64,000 nt of DNA from an uncultured Candidatus Saccharibacteria bacterium (GTDB lineage Bacteria; Patescibacteriota; Saccharimonadia; Saccharimonadales; JAGQNJ01). The notes beneath the pieces are model-generated. The model was not told the DNA's origin. It was given only the letters and a program-made list of their open reading frames with translations, and searched no databases. The stretch covers positions 642,208 through 706,207 of the forward strand of contig OZ246406.1 in assembly GCA_965231045.1 (NCBI GenBank), written 5' to 3'. How positions within the stretch are numbered: position 1 is the first letter of the stretch; each line of letters opens with the position of its first letter. The position numbers were made by a program, and so were the translations under genes. Shown here in pieces: positions 9,568-18,065 of this stretch.

Positions 9568-10587
9568 TTAAATATTGCCCTTTTCTACTTGATCCTTGAT
9601 CCAAGGAATTAATTCATCTAGCATTTCATCCAAACCTTTTGGTGCATCGTAGCCGAGAACTTTCTTGGCTTTTTTGGTGTCAGGAACACGCTTTTGGACA
9701 TCATACTCAAAAGGCTTGTCAGATACATACTTAAACGGCTTGTCTGGGTTTATTTTCTTCCAGATCATTTCAGCCAACTCTAACACTGTTGTTGAAGTAG
9801 CGGTTGAGATGTTGAAGTCTTCGTTCATTGCTTTGTCACTCTCAATACACATTCGAATACCTCGGGCTAGGTCGCCACCGTAGGTATAGTGACGAACTTG
9901 ATTGCCCTCACCCAAAATGTGTAATGGGTCTTGGCCCTTCAAAGTCTTTTGAATGAGGTCAGGTACAACATGGCTCATAGCTAATTTAACGTTGCCGGAG
10001 TAAATTTCTTTGTCAGTAAGTGCCCGCTTCTCACCCACGCCAACGCAGTTGAATGGTCGAACAATTGTATATGGAAGCTTGTATTGTTCCCACGCACCAC
10101 GAGCAAAATATTCTGTAGAAAGTTTCTGAAATCCATAGGTCGAAAGTGGTGGAGGCGATGTTAATTCTGCGCCTTCTGGAGTTGGGTACACGTCAGTTGA
10201 CTCATAGACCATTGATGAAGATAGAACGACAATTTTCTTGAGCTTCTTTTCTTTGAAGGCCCAAATTGCCGCGTCAAATGTTGAAGCCGTGATGCGCTCG
10301 TTCTCTGCAATTAGATCATAAGCAAACTCATGGAAGTATGAAATACCACCAATCATGGCAGCGGCCGCAACCACAACGTCACAATCGGCAATGAGTTTTT
10401 TCATTAACTTTGTGTCTTTGGCATCACCTTCAACAAATGTGTACTTTGGATGATTTTGATAACTCTTTTCGATTGGTCCGTACTTAGAGTAGTTATCAAT
10501 ACCGACTATTTCATGCCCAGCATTAAGTAGTTCCTCGACTGTATAACCAGCAATAAATCCTGCTGAACCTGTAAATAATATCTTCAT
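9568..10587 (-). CDS. NAD-dependent nucleotide-sugar epimerase/dehydratase (SDR family)
   Basis: 339 aa starting MKILFTGSAGFIAG (GxxGxxG), with a YGFQK (YxxxK) catalytic motif. Confidence 0.85.
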   Translation of the reverse strand: MKILFTGSAGFIAGYTVEELLNAGHEIVGIDNYSKYGPIEKSYQNHPKYTFVEGDAKDTKLMKKLIADCDVVVAAAAMIGGISYFHEFAYDLIAENERITASTFDAAIWAFKEKKLKKIVVLSSSMVYESTDVYPTPEGAELTSPPPLSTYGFQKLSTEYFARGAWEQYKLPYTIVRPFNCVGVGEKRALTDKEIYSGNVKLAMSHVVPDLIQKTLKGQDPLHILGEGNQVRHYTYGGDLARGIRMCIESDKAMNEDFNISTATSTTVLELAEMIWKKINPDKPFKYVSDKPFEYDVQKRVPDTKKAKKVLGYDAPKGLDEMLDELIPWIKDQVEKGNI

Positions 10588-10589
10588 CT

Positions 10590-11825
10590 TTAAATTAACC
10601 CCCCTTTACCATAATAATTCCACACATCAACTAGTTCACGATCCGACCAGTCTTCATTTTTATAAGCACTGTGTGGAGTTGCTAATACAATTATATCAGC
10701 TCGCTTGCGTATTTCCTCTAGACTTACAAAGCGAGGATCTTTAATGAACGGATCATGGCAAAGAACTTCCTTGGCCTCAAACTCAAGCTTCTTCTTTAGT
10801 TTGTATGACAAACTTTCACGAGGATCATCATTATCACCTTTGAAGGCCATACCAAGAATACCGACTGTTTGATGCCCTAGATAGTATTTCTTTTTCATTG
10901 AATCAACTATATAGTCCGGCAATCCTTCATTAACCAACATGGCAGAGTGGCCAAGGAAGAAATCATTTCCACTGAATGAAGAAAGTTGCATGGTGTCTTT
11001 AAACAAACATGGGCCGGCCGCTAAACCAGCTTTGGCAAATTGTTTGAGCCGTGGGTAATCCTCGGTCATTGCGTTATACATTTTATAGAAGTCTAAGCCA
11101 TGGCTGTTAGCAATCATGTAGAACTGATTTGAAATAGCAAAGTTAATGTAGCGCCAAGTGTTAGTAAATAGCTTGGAAAGCTCGGCTTCAGTTGGAGAAG
11201 TAACAATCACTTTTTTTGTTAGAGTCTTGAATAATTCGCTTGCCCGCTCAGTTGCCTCAGGCGTACACCCGGCCACAATTTGTGGTAGTGAATATAGCTC
11301 TGTTAGGGCGTAGCCTTCCGTAATTCGTTCTGGGCAAAAAGCCACAAGAGTATGCTTACCTTGCTGCAATAAGTAGTGATGCACTTTTTCGGTAATACCT
11401 GGGTATAGTGTGCTGCGCATAATAAGCAGCTGATCATCATCAAGATATTTCTCGATGTCTTTTAGAGCGGCAATGATACTAAGAACTTTTGGATTTAGAT
11501 ACTCATCTACTGGCGTGCCAATGACCATTAACACGGCCTTGGACTGAGAAATAACTTTTGCATCATTTGTCGCCATAAGGTTGCCGTTTTTTACGACTTT
11601 CTTAAGAACTGGCTCGGCGCCTTCTTCCATAAACGGCATTTCAGCTTTGTTTACTTTATTAATGCTGGTTTTGTTTAAATCATAAAGGGCAATCTTTTTG
11701 CCTTCATTGGCAAACGCCATACCAAGTGGTAATCCAACATGACCGCATCCCCCAACGATGCAAAGATCATATTTTTTTGTTTTCAATGCATTATCAGCCA
11801 CTAAAACAACTCCCCGCACACCCAA
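10590..11825 (-). CDS. nucleotide-sugar (UDP-glucose/GDP-mannose family) dehydrogenase
   Basis: 411 aa with the N-terminal dinucleotide fold CIVGGCGHVGLPLG and the length and architecture of the UDPGDH family. The exact start is uncertain, since a non-ATG start is possible. Confidence 0.85.
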   Translation of the reverse strand: MGVRGVVLVADNALKTKKYDLCIVGGCGHVGLPLGMAFANEGKKIALYDLNKTSINKVNKAEMPFMEEGAEPVLKKVVKNGNLMATNDAKVISQSKAVLMVIGTPVDEYLNPKVLSIIAALKDIEKYLDDDQLLIMRSTLYPGITEKVHHYLLQQGKHTLVAFCPERITEGYALTELYSLPQIVAGCTPEATERASELFKTLTKKVIVTSPTEAELSKLFTNTWRYINFAISNQFYMIANSHGLDFYKMYNAMTEDYPRLKQFAKAGLAAGPCLFKDTMQLSSFSGNDFFLGHSAMLVNEGLPDYIVDSMKKKYYLGHQTVGILGMAFKGDNDDPRESLSYKLKKKLEFEAKEVLCHDPFIKDPRFVSLEEIRKRADIIVLATPHSAYKNEDWSDRELVDVWNYYGKGGLI

Positions 11826-11914
11826 ATTTTATTGTATTGTGTCGATACTGTATCAACTATATGCCGTTTAATCAACTCTATGTTTGGGCATGTTTATAGA
11901 CGTATGTTCAGCAT

Positions 11915-13651
11915 ATGCGGTATGATTATTTTGACTATATGCGCTCTATAATCTACATATTATTTGTCCAGATCACCTTACTAGTACCTGGCTATGTGAT
12001 CATTAAAAAAACAAAATGGCTAAAGAAGAATCCAGGAATTGAACTGTCATTTGCATATTTATTAAGCGTTGTGTTTTTTGCATGCCTTGCGCTAATTCAC
12101 TATATTGGCAATATTAATTTCCGTTATCTACAAATATTCTGCTGGTTGGTATTGATAGCCTCGAGCGTAATCTTTATTAAAGAAAAGTATTATCTTAGTG
12201 TTTGGAAGCTTCGTTTCCCACTTATTTGCTCCATGTTGATGTGTATTTTGTCAGTAGCATTCTTGGGGCTAAAGTACAGTGGCCCTATTAACTACATTCC
12301 GGATCCAGTTTCATTACCAAATCGTAATTACAATGTACTGACTGTTAAAGTACTGAATCTAACCCACACTAGGGCAAACGATAATTATATTCCTTATAGG
12401 CAAGCCCAGTTTATTTTCAACCGCTCTGATCCAGCTAGAGACTCGTTTATAAATGAGTGGGGCGTTCATTTTTTCCAGCGAACTCCTCTTATGGGAGCTG
12501 TTACGGCAACCTACTTTGGGATACTTAGCGATAAGCCCCCGGTTGATTACACATGGAGCGCTAACACTACTGACCCAAGCCACACATACATAAAGTTTCA
12601 ACTTATATCCACTGCCCTGAATAGTCTATTTATTATCCCGGCTTTCTTTTTATTAACTCGTTTCTTCAACAAAAAAACAGCTGCTGTTGCAGCGTTATTC
12701 ATAACCACAAACCAATTCTTCTTATACAATTCCGTATTTAGTTGGCCTAAGTCGTTTGTAGCGTTTTTTATATTGCTTTCATGGTTATTGTTACTCGAGA
12801 AAAACAAACGCTATACGATCCTGGCCGGTGTTGCCAGCGGAGTAGCTTATCTCACCCACGACTTGGCCGTCTTATATATAGGCACAAGTGTAATCTTGTT
12901 GCTGGCCAACAAGCGGATCCGCGACATATTTATATACGGGTTTATTGCCTCAGCATTTGCTTTACCTTGGTTGATCATCGCTCAGTTCCTCTATCATAAA
13001 CCAAGTAGCTTTATTTACTATCCAATCTCAACTAAAGATATACCTCAGCCAGCAATGAAGCACGAAATTATTCAAGAGTTTCTGCACACATCTCCAATTA
13101 GACTTATCTTTACACGTATTCATAACTTCATATATATGACTATGCCATACCAACTATTCACTTCGGAAGGTGGTCAATCAGCTGGTCGTCGAATTTGGGC
13201 ACTGAGCGAATATTCCATATCTGGCTCTGTTGGTTTCGGGCTATTTATACCTGTTGTTATGGGTGCCTTTAAAAAGATCGTAAAACTCGACTTCTGGATA
13301 CTCATTATCACACCGGTTATCCTTGCTACAATTATTATTGGGTGGCCAAAGGGGCTAGCGTCCCTGCATTATGCAGAAGCAGTTGTTGTATTACTAAGTG
13401 GGCTTGGCGTTGCATACCTATTGAAGCTCAAACAAAAGTCTTGGGTTGCTGTTGCCTATACGATTAACCTTATTCAATTTGGGTTTATAACACTTTATAG
13501 TTTTGATGCATTCATTAAGCCATGGTTTACAAACATAGGAGATATATCTCGACTATGTATAATGATATTTATTCTAATTGCTGTCGGAATATTGCTCAGA
13601 GAAATTGTAACGTCTAAAAAATCAAAACTCAGTTTATTTTCAGGCATTTAA
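11915..13651 (+). CDS. polytopic membrane protein, probable GT-C glycosyltransferase (ArnT/PMT-like)
   Basis: 578 aa with more than 10 predicted TM helices. It is divergent from the sugar-activation genes. The family assignment rests on topology and context only. Confidence 0.55.
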   Translation: MRYDYFDYMRSIIYILFVQITLLVPGYVIIKKTKWLKKNPGIELSFAYLLSVVFFACLALIHYIGNINFRYLQIFCWLVLIASSVIFIKEKYYLSVWKLRFPLICSMLMCILSVAFLGLKYSGPINYIPDPVSLPNRNYNVLTVKVLNLTHTRANDNYIPYRQAQFIFNRSDPARDSFINEWGVHFFQRTPLMGAVTATYFGILSDKPPVDYTWSANTTDPSHTYIKFQLISTALNSLFIIPAFFLLTRFFNKKTAAVAALFITTNQFFLYNSVFSWPKSFVAFFILLSWLLLLEKNKRYTILAGVASGVAYLTHDLAVLYIGTSVILLLANKRIRDIFIYGFIASAFALPWLIIAQFLYHKPSSFIYYPISTKDIPQPAMKHEIIQEFLHTSPIRLIFTRIHNFIYMTMPYQLFTSEGGQSAGRRIWALSEYSISGSVGFGLFIPVVMGAFKKIVKLDFWILIITPVILATIIIGWPKGLASLHYAEAVVVLLSGLGVAYLLKLKQKSWVAVAYTINLIQFGFITLYSFDAFIKPWFTNIGDISRLCIMIFILIAVGILLREIVTSKKSKLSLFSGI

Positions 13652-13684
13652 CAGGTTAGTAAACGTTTACAAATAAGCATAAAC

Positions 13685-14284
13685 GTGATATTATGTAAGT
13701 CTATGGTTCACTCTAAAAGAAAAATGAATAAAAAACTGCTCCTCACCCTGATAATTGTTGGAGTATGTATTGTAGTCGGTGGTGGCTATTACTGGTATAA
13801 AAAGCATCAAAAATTCGTGCCTTCTCCAAGCTCAAATTCCGAAACAAAGGGTGAAGTTAACCCTAGCAATGAAACAGCTGGCGGAAATTCGGGTAACACC
13901 CCGTCAACAAACGGCACAGGTTCTGCTCAAAATCCAAGTTCTGGCAGTGGTGATACTTCAAACAAGAATTCATCATCAGGAACAAATGCGAAACTTGTTG
14001 CCCCAGATGGTACATTTGTAAGTTCTCATCACGTAAGTATGGATGTAACTATTGCCTCAAATTGCACAACCACACCCGGTGCAACTTGCCAGATTAGCTT
14101 TACAAAAGACGGCACAACCAAGTCACTTGATTCACGAACTACAGATAAGGGCGGAGGTGCATATTGGAGCTGGAAACCTCAAGACATTGGACTTACTTCC
14201 GGGTCATGGAAGGTAAAAGCCACCGCAACTTTAAATGGCAAGAGCTTAAGCGCTGATGATGCGTTAAACTTAGAGGTGCAATGA
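13685..14284 (+). CDS. membrane-anchored secreted protein with S/G/N-rich linker
   Basis: 199-aa ORF with a probable start MNKK at nt 13724. It has one TM helix, a low-complexity linker and a ~90-aa beta-rich C-terminal domain with a Cys pair. ATGA overlap with the next gene. Confidence 0.55.
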   Translation: MILCKSMVHSKRKMNKKLLLTLIIVGVCIVVGGGYYWYKKHQKFVPSPSSNSETKGEVNPSNETAGGNSGNTPSTNGTGSAQNPSSGSGDTSNKNSSSGTNAKLVAPDGTFVSSHHVSMDVTIASNCTTTPGATCQISFTKDGTTKSLDSRTTDKGGGAYWSWKPQDIGLTSGSWKVKATATLNGKSLSADDALNLEVQ

Positions 14285-16026
14285 TGAAAAAAGGTATTAT
14301 TTTTGCCCTAGCTCTACTGACTGCCGTATTCAGTCTTAATGGCATGTTTGTGTCTAAGGCTCATGCAGCTTTTAATGCTAATCGAATCATCGATGACGTA
14401 ATATTCGATAACTCAACCTCCATGGATGGCAATGCAATTAATAGTTGGCTGAATACGTTCTTTCCGAATAGTTGTATAAGCCCCAATAGTGGCTTCGAGG
14501 CTCGAATACCAGCAGGCTATACGCCAAGCGGCGGCTTTACTTATGGCGACTTTGTCCCGGCCGGAAATGTTATATCGCAAGCAGCCTTAATTTACGGTAT
14601 TAACCCTCAGGTTTTACTTGCAACTCTCCAAAAAGAACAAAGTTTAGTTGCCGGTGGAGTAGGCTACTGCGAGAATGGCGACTATCATAAGTACGCGGCT
14701 GCAACGGGGTATGGTTGTCCAGACGGTGGAACAGTATACAACTGGTCAGGTGTAAGTTTGTACCGTCGTTATGGTGTTGAAAGAACAACCACAGGCTCAA
14801 CCTGTGTAAACAGTGCGGCAAAGGCTGGCTTTTCTCAGCAGGTTATTAGGGCGGCCTGGTTATTAAAGTTTGGTGAACAGCGCTCCAAGGGCAATATAGG
14901 CTGGGCGATTGTTAATGGTAGTTGGGACAATTCCGATGATCCGCAGACTTGTTATGGCGGCCCGATGACCCAGGGCAATTTCCAGGTGTGTCCGAGTGGC
15001 CCAACGACTTTTTATGACGGTTGGCGAACAATCGATAGTACCGCCGTTCACATGGACACAGGGGCAACAGCAGCACTTTACTGGTACACTCCGCACTTCC
15101 ATGGCAATCAAAACTTTGTTAGCTTATATGAATCCTGGTTTGGCTCAACATTAAGTGATCAATGTATAACAAACAATACTGACCTACCGATCACTGGGGT
15201 TACATTCAGAAAGAAAAATTATCCTCGACTCGATCAGGGTGACTTTGTCATATATACAGGGAGTGGTTCACATTGCGTTGAATCACATACTTGGAATGTA
15301 GGTGTAACATCGTGGGCGTCACATGTTGCCACCAATATACCCACTACACCCCCAGATCAGGGGCAAATACAGTATGCAGACTTAAACGGAGATGGCGTGG
15401 ATGAACCAATCTGGGTTAGTCTAAATAACACTGGTAGTGGTAAGATTGAGTTTCATGTTTGGAATAGTGATATGAAAACTTGGAAGGATCACATTATTAG
15501 TCCTGCGAACCAAGGCCTTACTCCAACAATGGGTAAACTAGTATTTGCAGACGTTGATGGGGACGGTAGAGACGAGCCAGTAGTAATTCTATATACGGGA
15601 ACTGGTAGTGGTAAGATTGAGTTTCATGTTATGAACAATGACCTTAGGACCTGGCGTTGGCATGTAGTAAGTAACATTTCTAATCTTGATCCTAGTATAG
15701 GCACAATTGTGTTTGGCGATGTTGACGGAGACCACATTGACGAACCAGTACTCGTGTTATATAAAAATACAGGTAGTGGGGTGGTTGAGTTCCATACCTG
15801 GAACCCTGGATGGTTTTCTTGGCGATTCCATACAGCATCAAATCTTGCAGCAATTAATCCGGCCGATGGATTTATAACCTTTGCTGACGTAGATGGAAAC
15901 GGTGTTGATGAAGCAGTTCTGGTAGGAATGTACCACACAGGTAGTGGCAAAATTGAATTTCATACATGGAATCTTGGTGTAACATCTTGGCGCTATCACA
16001 CTGCCTCAAATCAACCCACTATATAA
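14281..16026 (+). CDS. secreted protein: Cys-rich N-terminal domain plus five FG-GAP/VCBS-like repeats
   Basis: 581 aa with a signal peptide ending AHA-AF. Repeats of FADVDGDGxDEPV...TGSGKIEFHxWN recur with a ~56-aa period from about aa 316 to the end. Confidence 0.7.
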   Translation: MMKKGIIFALALLTAVFSLNGMFVSKAHAAFNANRIIDDVIFDNSTSMDGNAINSWLNTFFPNSCISPNSGFEARIPAGYTPSGGFTYGDFVPAGNVISQAALIYGINPQVLLATLQKEQSLVAGGVGYCENGDYHKYAAATGYGCPDGGTVYNWSGVSLYRRYGVERTTTGSTCVNSAAKAGFSQQVIRAAWLLKFGEQRSKGNIGWAIVNGSWDNSDDPQTCYGGPMTQGNFQVCPSGPTTFYDGWRTIDSTAVHMDTGATAALYWYTPHFHGNQNFVSLYESWFGSTLSDQCITNNTDLPITGVTFRKKNYPRLDQGDFVIYTGSGSHCVESHTWNVGVTSWASHVATNIPTTPPDQGQIQYADLNGDGVDEPIWVSLNNTGSGKIEFHVWNSDMKTWKDHIISPANQGLTPTMGKLVFADVDGDGRDEPVVILYTGTGSGKIEFHVMNNDLRTWRWHVVSNISNLDPSIGTIVFGDVDGDHIDEPVLVLYKNTGSGVVEFHTWNPGWFSWRFHTASNLAAINPADGFITFADVDGNGVDEAVLVGMYHTGSGKIEFHTWNLGVTSWRYHTASNQPTI

Positions 16027-16073
16027 TTTACTGAAACGTTGGGAACTTTTACTATTTTTGTTATCGTATTTAG

Positions 16074-18041
16074 ATGATACGCAAGCTAGATAAGTATTCT
16101 CTTATTTCCTTGTTATTATTCCTGATTGTATTTGTATTCTTCTTTACTTTTCAGTCAATAGACTTAACAAACGCAATCGATGGATCATGGCAGTACACTC
16201 TTTCAAGCCTTGCTCATGGCAGTCAAAAACTTGGTATAGATATTTATTACACCTATGGTCCCTTGTTTCAAAGACTAACAACGTACCCTACATTAAAAGA
16301 TAACATTGTTAACTTCTTTATTAACGGATTTATACTTACTTTGTTAATTGCTGGTACTTCTTCTGTATTCCTGAATTTTAATAAAATCGGCAAAAAATAC
16401 TTATCGAATAATTTCTCAAAATTTACTTTGGTTTTTTGTTTATGCCTACTACTGTTTTCGTCACCAATTGATTCACTTTATTTTTTACTACTTTTCATGT
16501 CTTTGGTTTGCATAAACCTAGAGCAAAAAGCCTGGAAGCAATTATTATTAGTAGCATTCCTTTCTTTGTTTAGTTTTTATAAAGTTAGCTTTTCAATTTC
16601 CTTATTACTACTGCTGCCTTTTGCTTATATAAAACTGCCTGTTAAGGTAAAAAACATAAAACCTGCTCTCATTCGCTATTTAACTTCCTTGCTAGTTTAT
16701 GTTTCAATATTCAGTTTATTAACACTTTCAAGCCCGGTACACATAATTAGATACCTTTACTATGGTCTACTTAATTCTTCGGCGTATTCAGAATTTATGA
16801 GCCTCCCATTCGCAATAAACAAATTCGAAGTAGTTAGTTTCATTGTGGTATTTTTCGGCAGCCTATTTAGTGCATGTATATATTTACTGGTGCAAAAAAA
16901 GTATCGACATAAAATTAATCAGGAGATTTTCCTATTCTCATTTATGTTTTTTGGGGTAAGCTATTTTGCACTCAAACAGGCAATCGTCAGAAACGACTCA
17001 CATATCACAGCCTTTTTCCCGTTCTTGTTGTTACTTCTTATCGTAAGCTCACTTTTTGTCATAAAGAGTCTACGCATTAATATTTCTTCTAGGAATGTTT
17101 TTATTCTGTTTTGTGGTTTAAGTCTATTTATGGTTGGTTTACAATTTTATACGGTAAATTCATACCCAATACCATATAAGCGCACTCCACAGGTCCATTT
17201 GAATGATCAGTTTCGTCGCATAACCTTGTTTGTTACAAATAACCCGTATTACTACCCTGCTTTTGCTCACCAGAAGAAAATTGCGGGCACTAACCTAGGA
17301 AAATTGTCAGAAAACACTCAGGGTGTTCGAGACTACCTTGACGCCCATTATGCTCGCTCAAAAGAAGTGATTTTTTACGGAAACTTTACAACCCTAGGTG
17401 ATACTTTGGGTAATAGGCCTGTGTTGTATTCTCCATTTCTTCAAAACTACGCGGCATTTCCACCAAAAACTTTTGACCCTATTTATAACTCTATGCTAGA
17501 TAATCACCCTGATGACTTGGTTCTTGTTGATGAACTAGAGCCATCAATTAATGAAAGAATCCCCTCTCATGAGTTAAATGATTTCTTCCAGAATATTAAA
17601 CACAACTATAAGGTCGTTTACGCTGATACAGATAGGAAATTATATCTGCTTGAGCCGATATCACATAAGGCAATGGGGTGTAGCCTGATATCAAAATCTA
17701 CCCTGCATAAAGGCCAGCCGATAATAATACCTAACACTCCACTTGAAGGCAATGAATACATTCGCCTGAGGATAGGAAACGCCAGTGGGTTGCCCGAAAA
17801 ACTCTTTACCACAATCTTGAAATCACCTGTCTACACTCTTTCAATAATTACACCGGGCGGCGCAGGCCAGCGGCGCACTATGCCAAGCACAGTAGAGCAC
17901 GGTGTGGCAGTTAAACCGATGTATTACAGCTATAGTGATATTGTGCTTAATACTCCTGTCGACATTACCGGAGTTGCTATTAGTGGCGGCCTTGAAAAAA
18001 ATAAGGCAATCGACATCACATTTGACCTGTGTAAATATTAG
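16074..18041 (+). CDS. large polytopic membrane protein with C-terminal soluble domain (possible glycan polymerase/GT-C)
   Basis: 655 aa with about 12 TM helices in the first 370 aa and a soluble ~280-aa tail. It sits in glycan-locus context, but no diagnostic motif was recognised. Confidence 0.5.
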   Translation: MIRKLDKYSLISLLLFLIVFVFFFTFQSIDLTNAIDGSWQYTLSSLAHGSQKLGIDIYYTYGPLFQRLTTYPTLKDNIVNFFINGFILTLLIAGTSSVFLNFNKIGKKYLSNNFSKFTLVFCLCLLLFSSPIDSLYFLLLFMSLVCINLEQKAWKQLLLVAFLSLFSFYKVSFSISLLLLLPFAYIKLPVKVKNIKPALIRYLTSLLVYVSIFSLLTLSSPVHIIRYLYYGLLNSSAYSEFMSLPFAINKFEVVSFIVVFFGSLFSACIYLLVQKKYRHKINQEIFLFSFMFFGVSYFALKQAIVRNDSHITAFFPFLLLLLIVSSLFVIKSLRINISSRNVFILFCGLSLFMVGLQFYTVNSYPIPYKRTPQVHLNDQFRRITLFVTNNPYYYPAFAHQKKIAGTNLGKLSENTQGVRDYLDAHYARSKEVIFYGNFTTLGDTLGNRPVLYSPFLQNYAAFPPKTFDPIYNSMLDNHPDDLVLVDELEPSINERIPSHELNDFFQNIKHNYKVVYADTDRKLYLLEPISHKAMGCSLISKSTLHKGQPIIIPNTPLEGNEYIRLRIGNASGLPEKLFTTILKSPVYTLSIITPGGAGQRRTMPSTVEHGVAVKPMYYSYSDIVLNTPVDITGVAISGGLEKNKAIDITFDLCKY

Positions 18042-18065
18042 TTTGACCCCTAGTGTAGCTAACAA

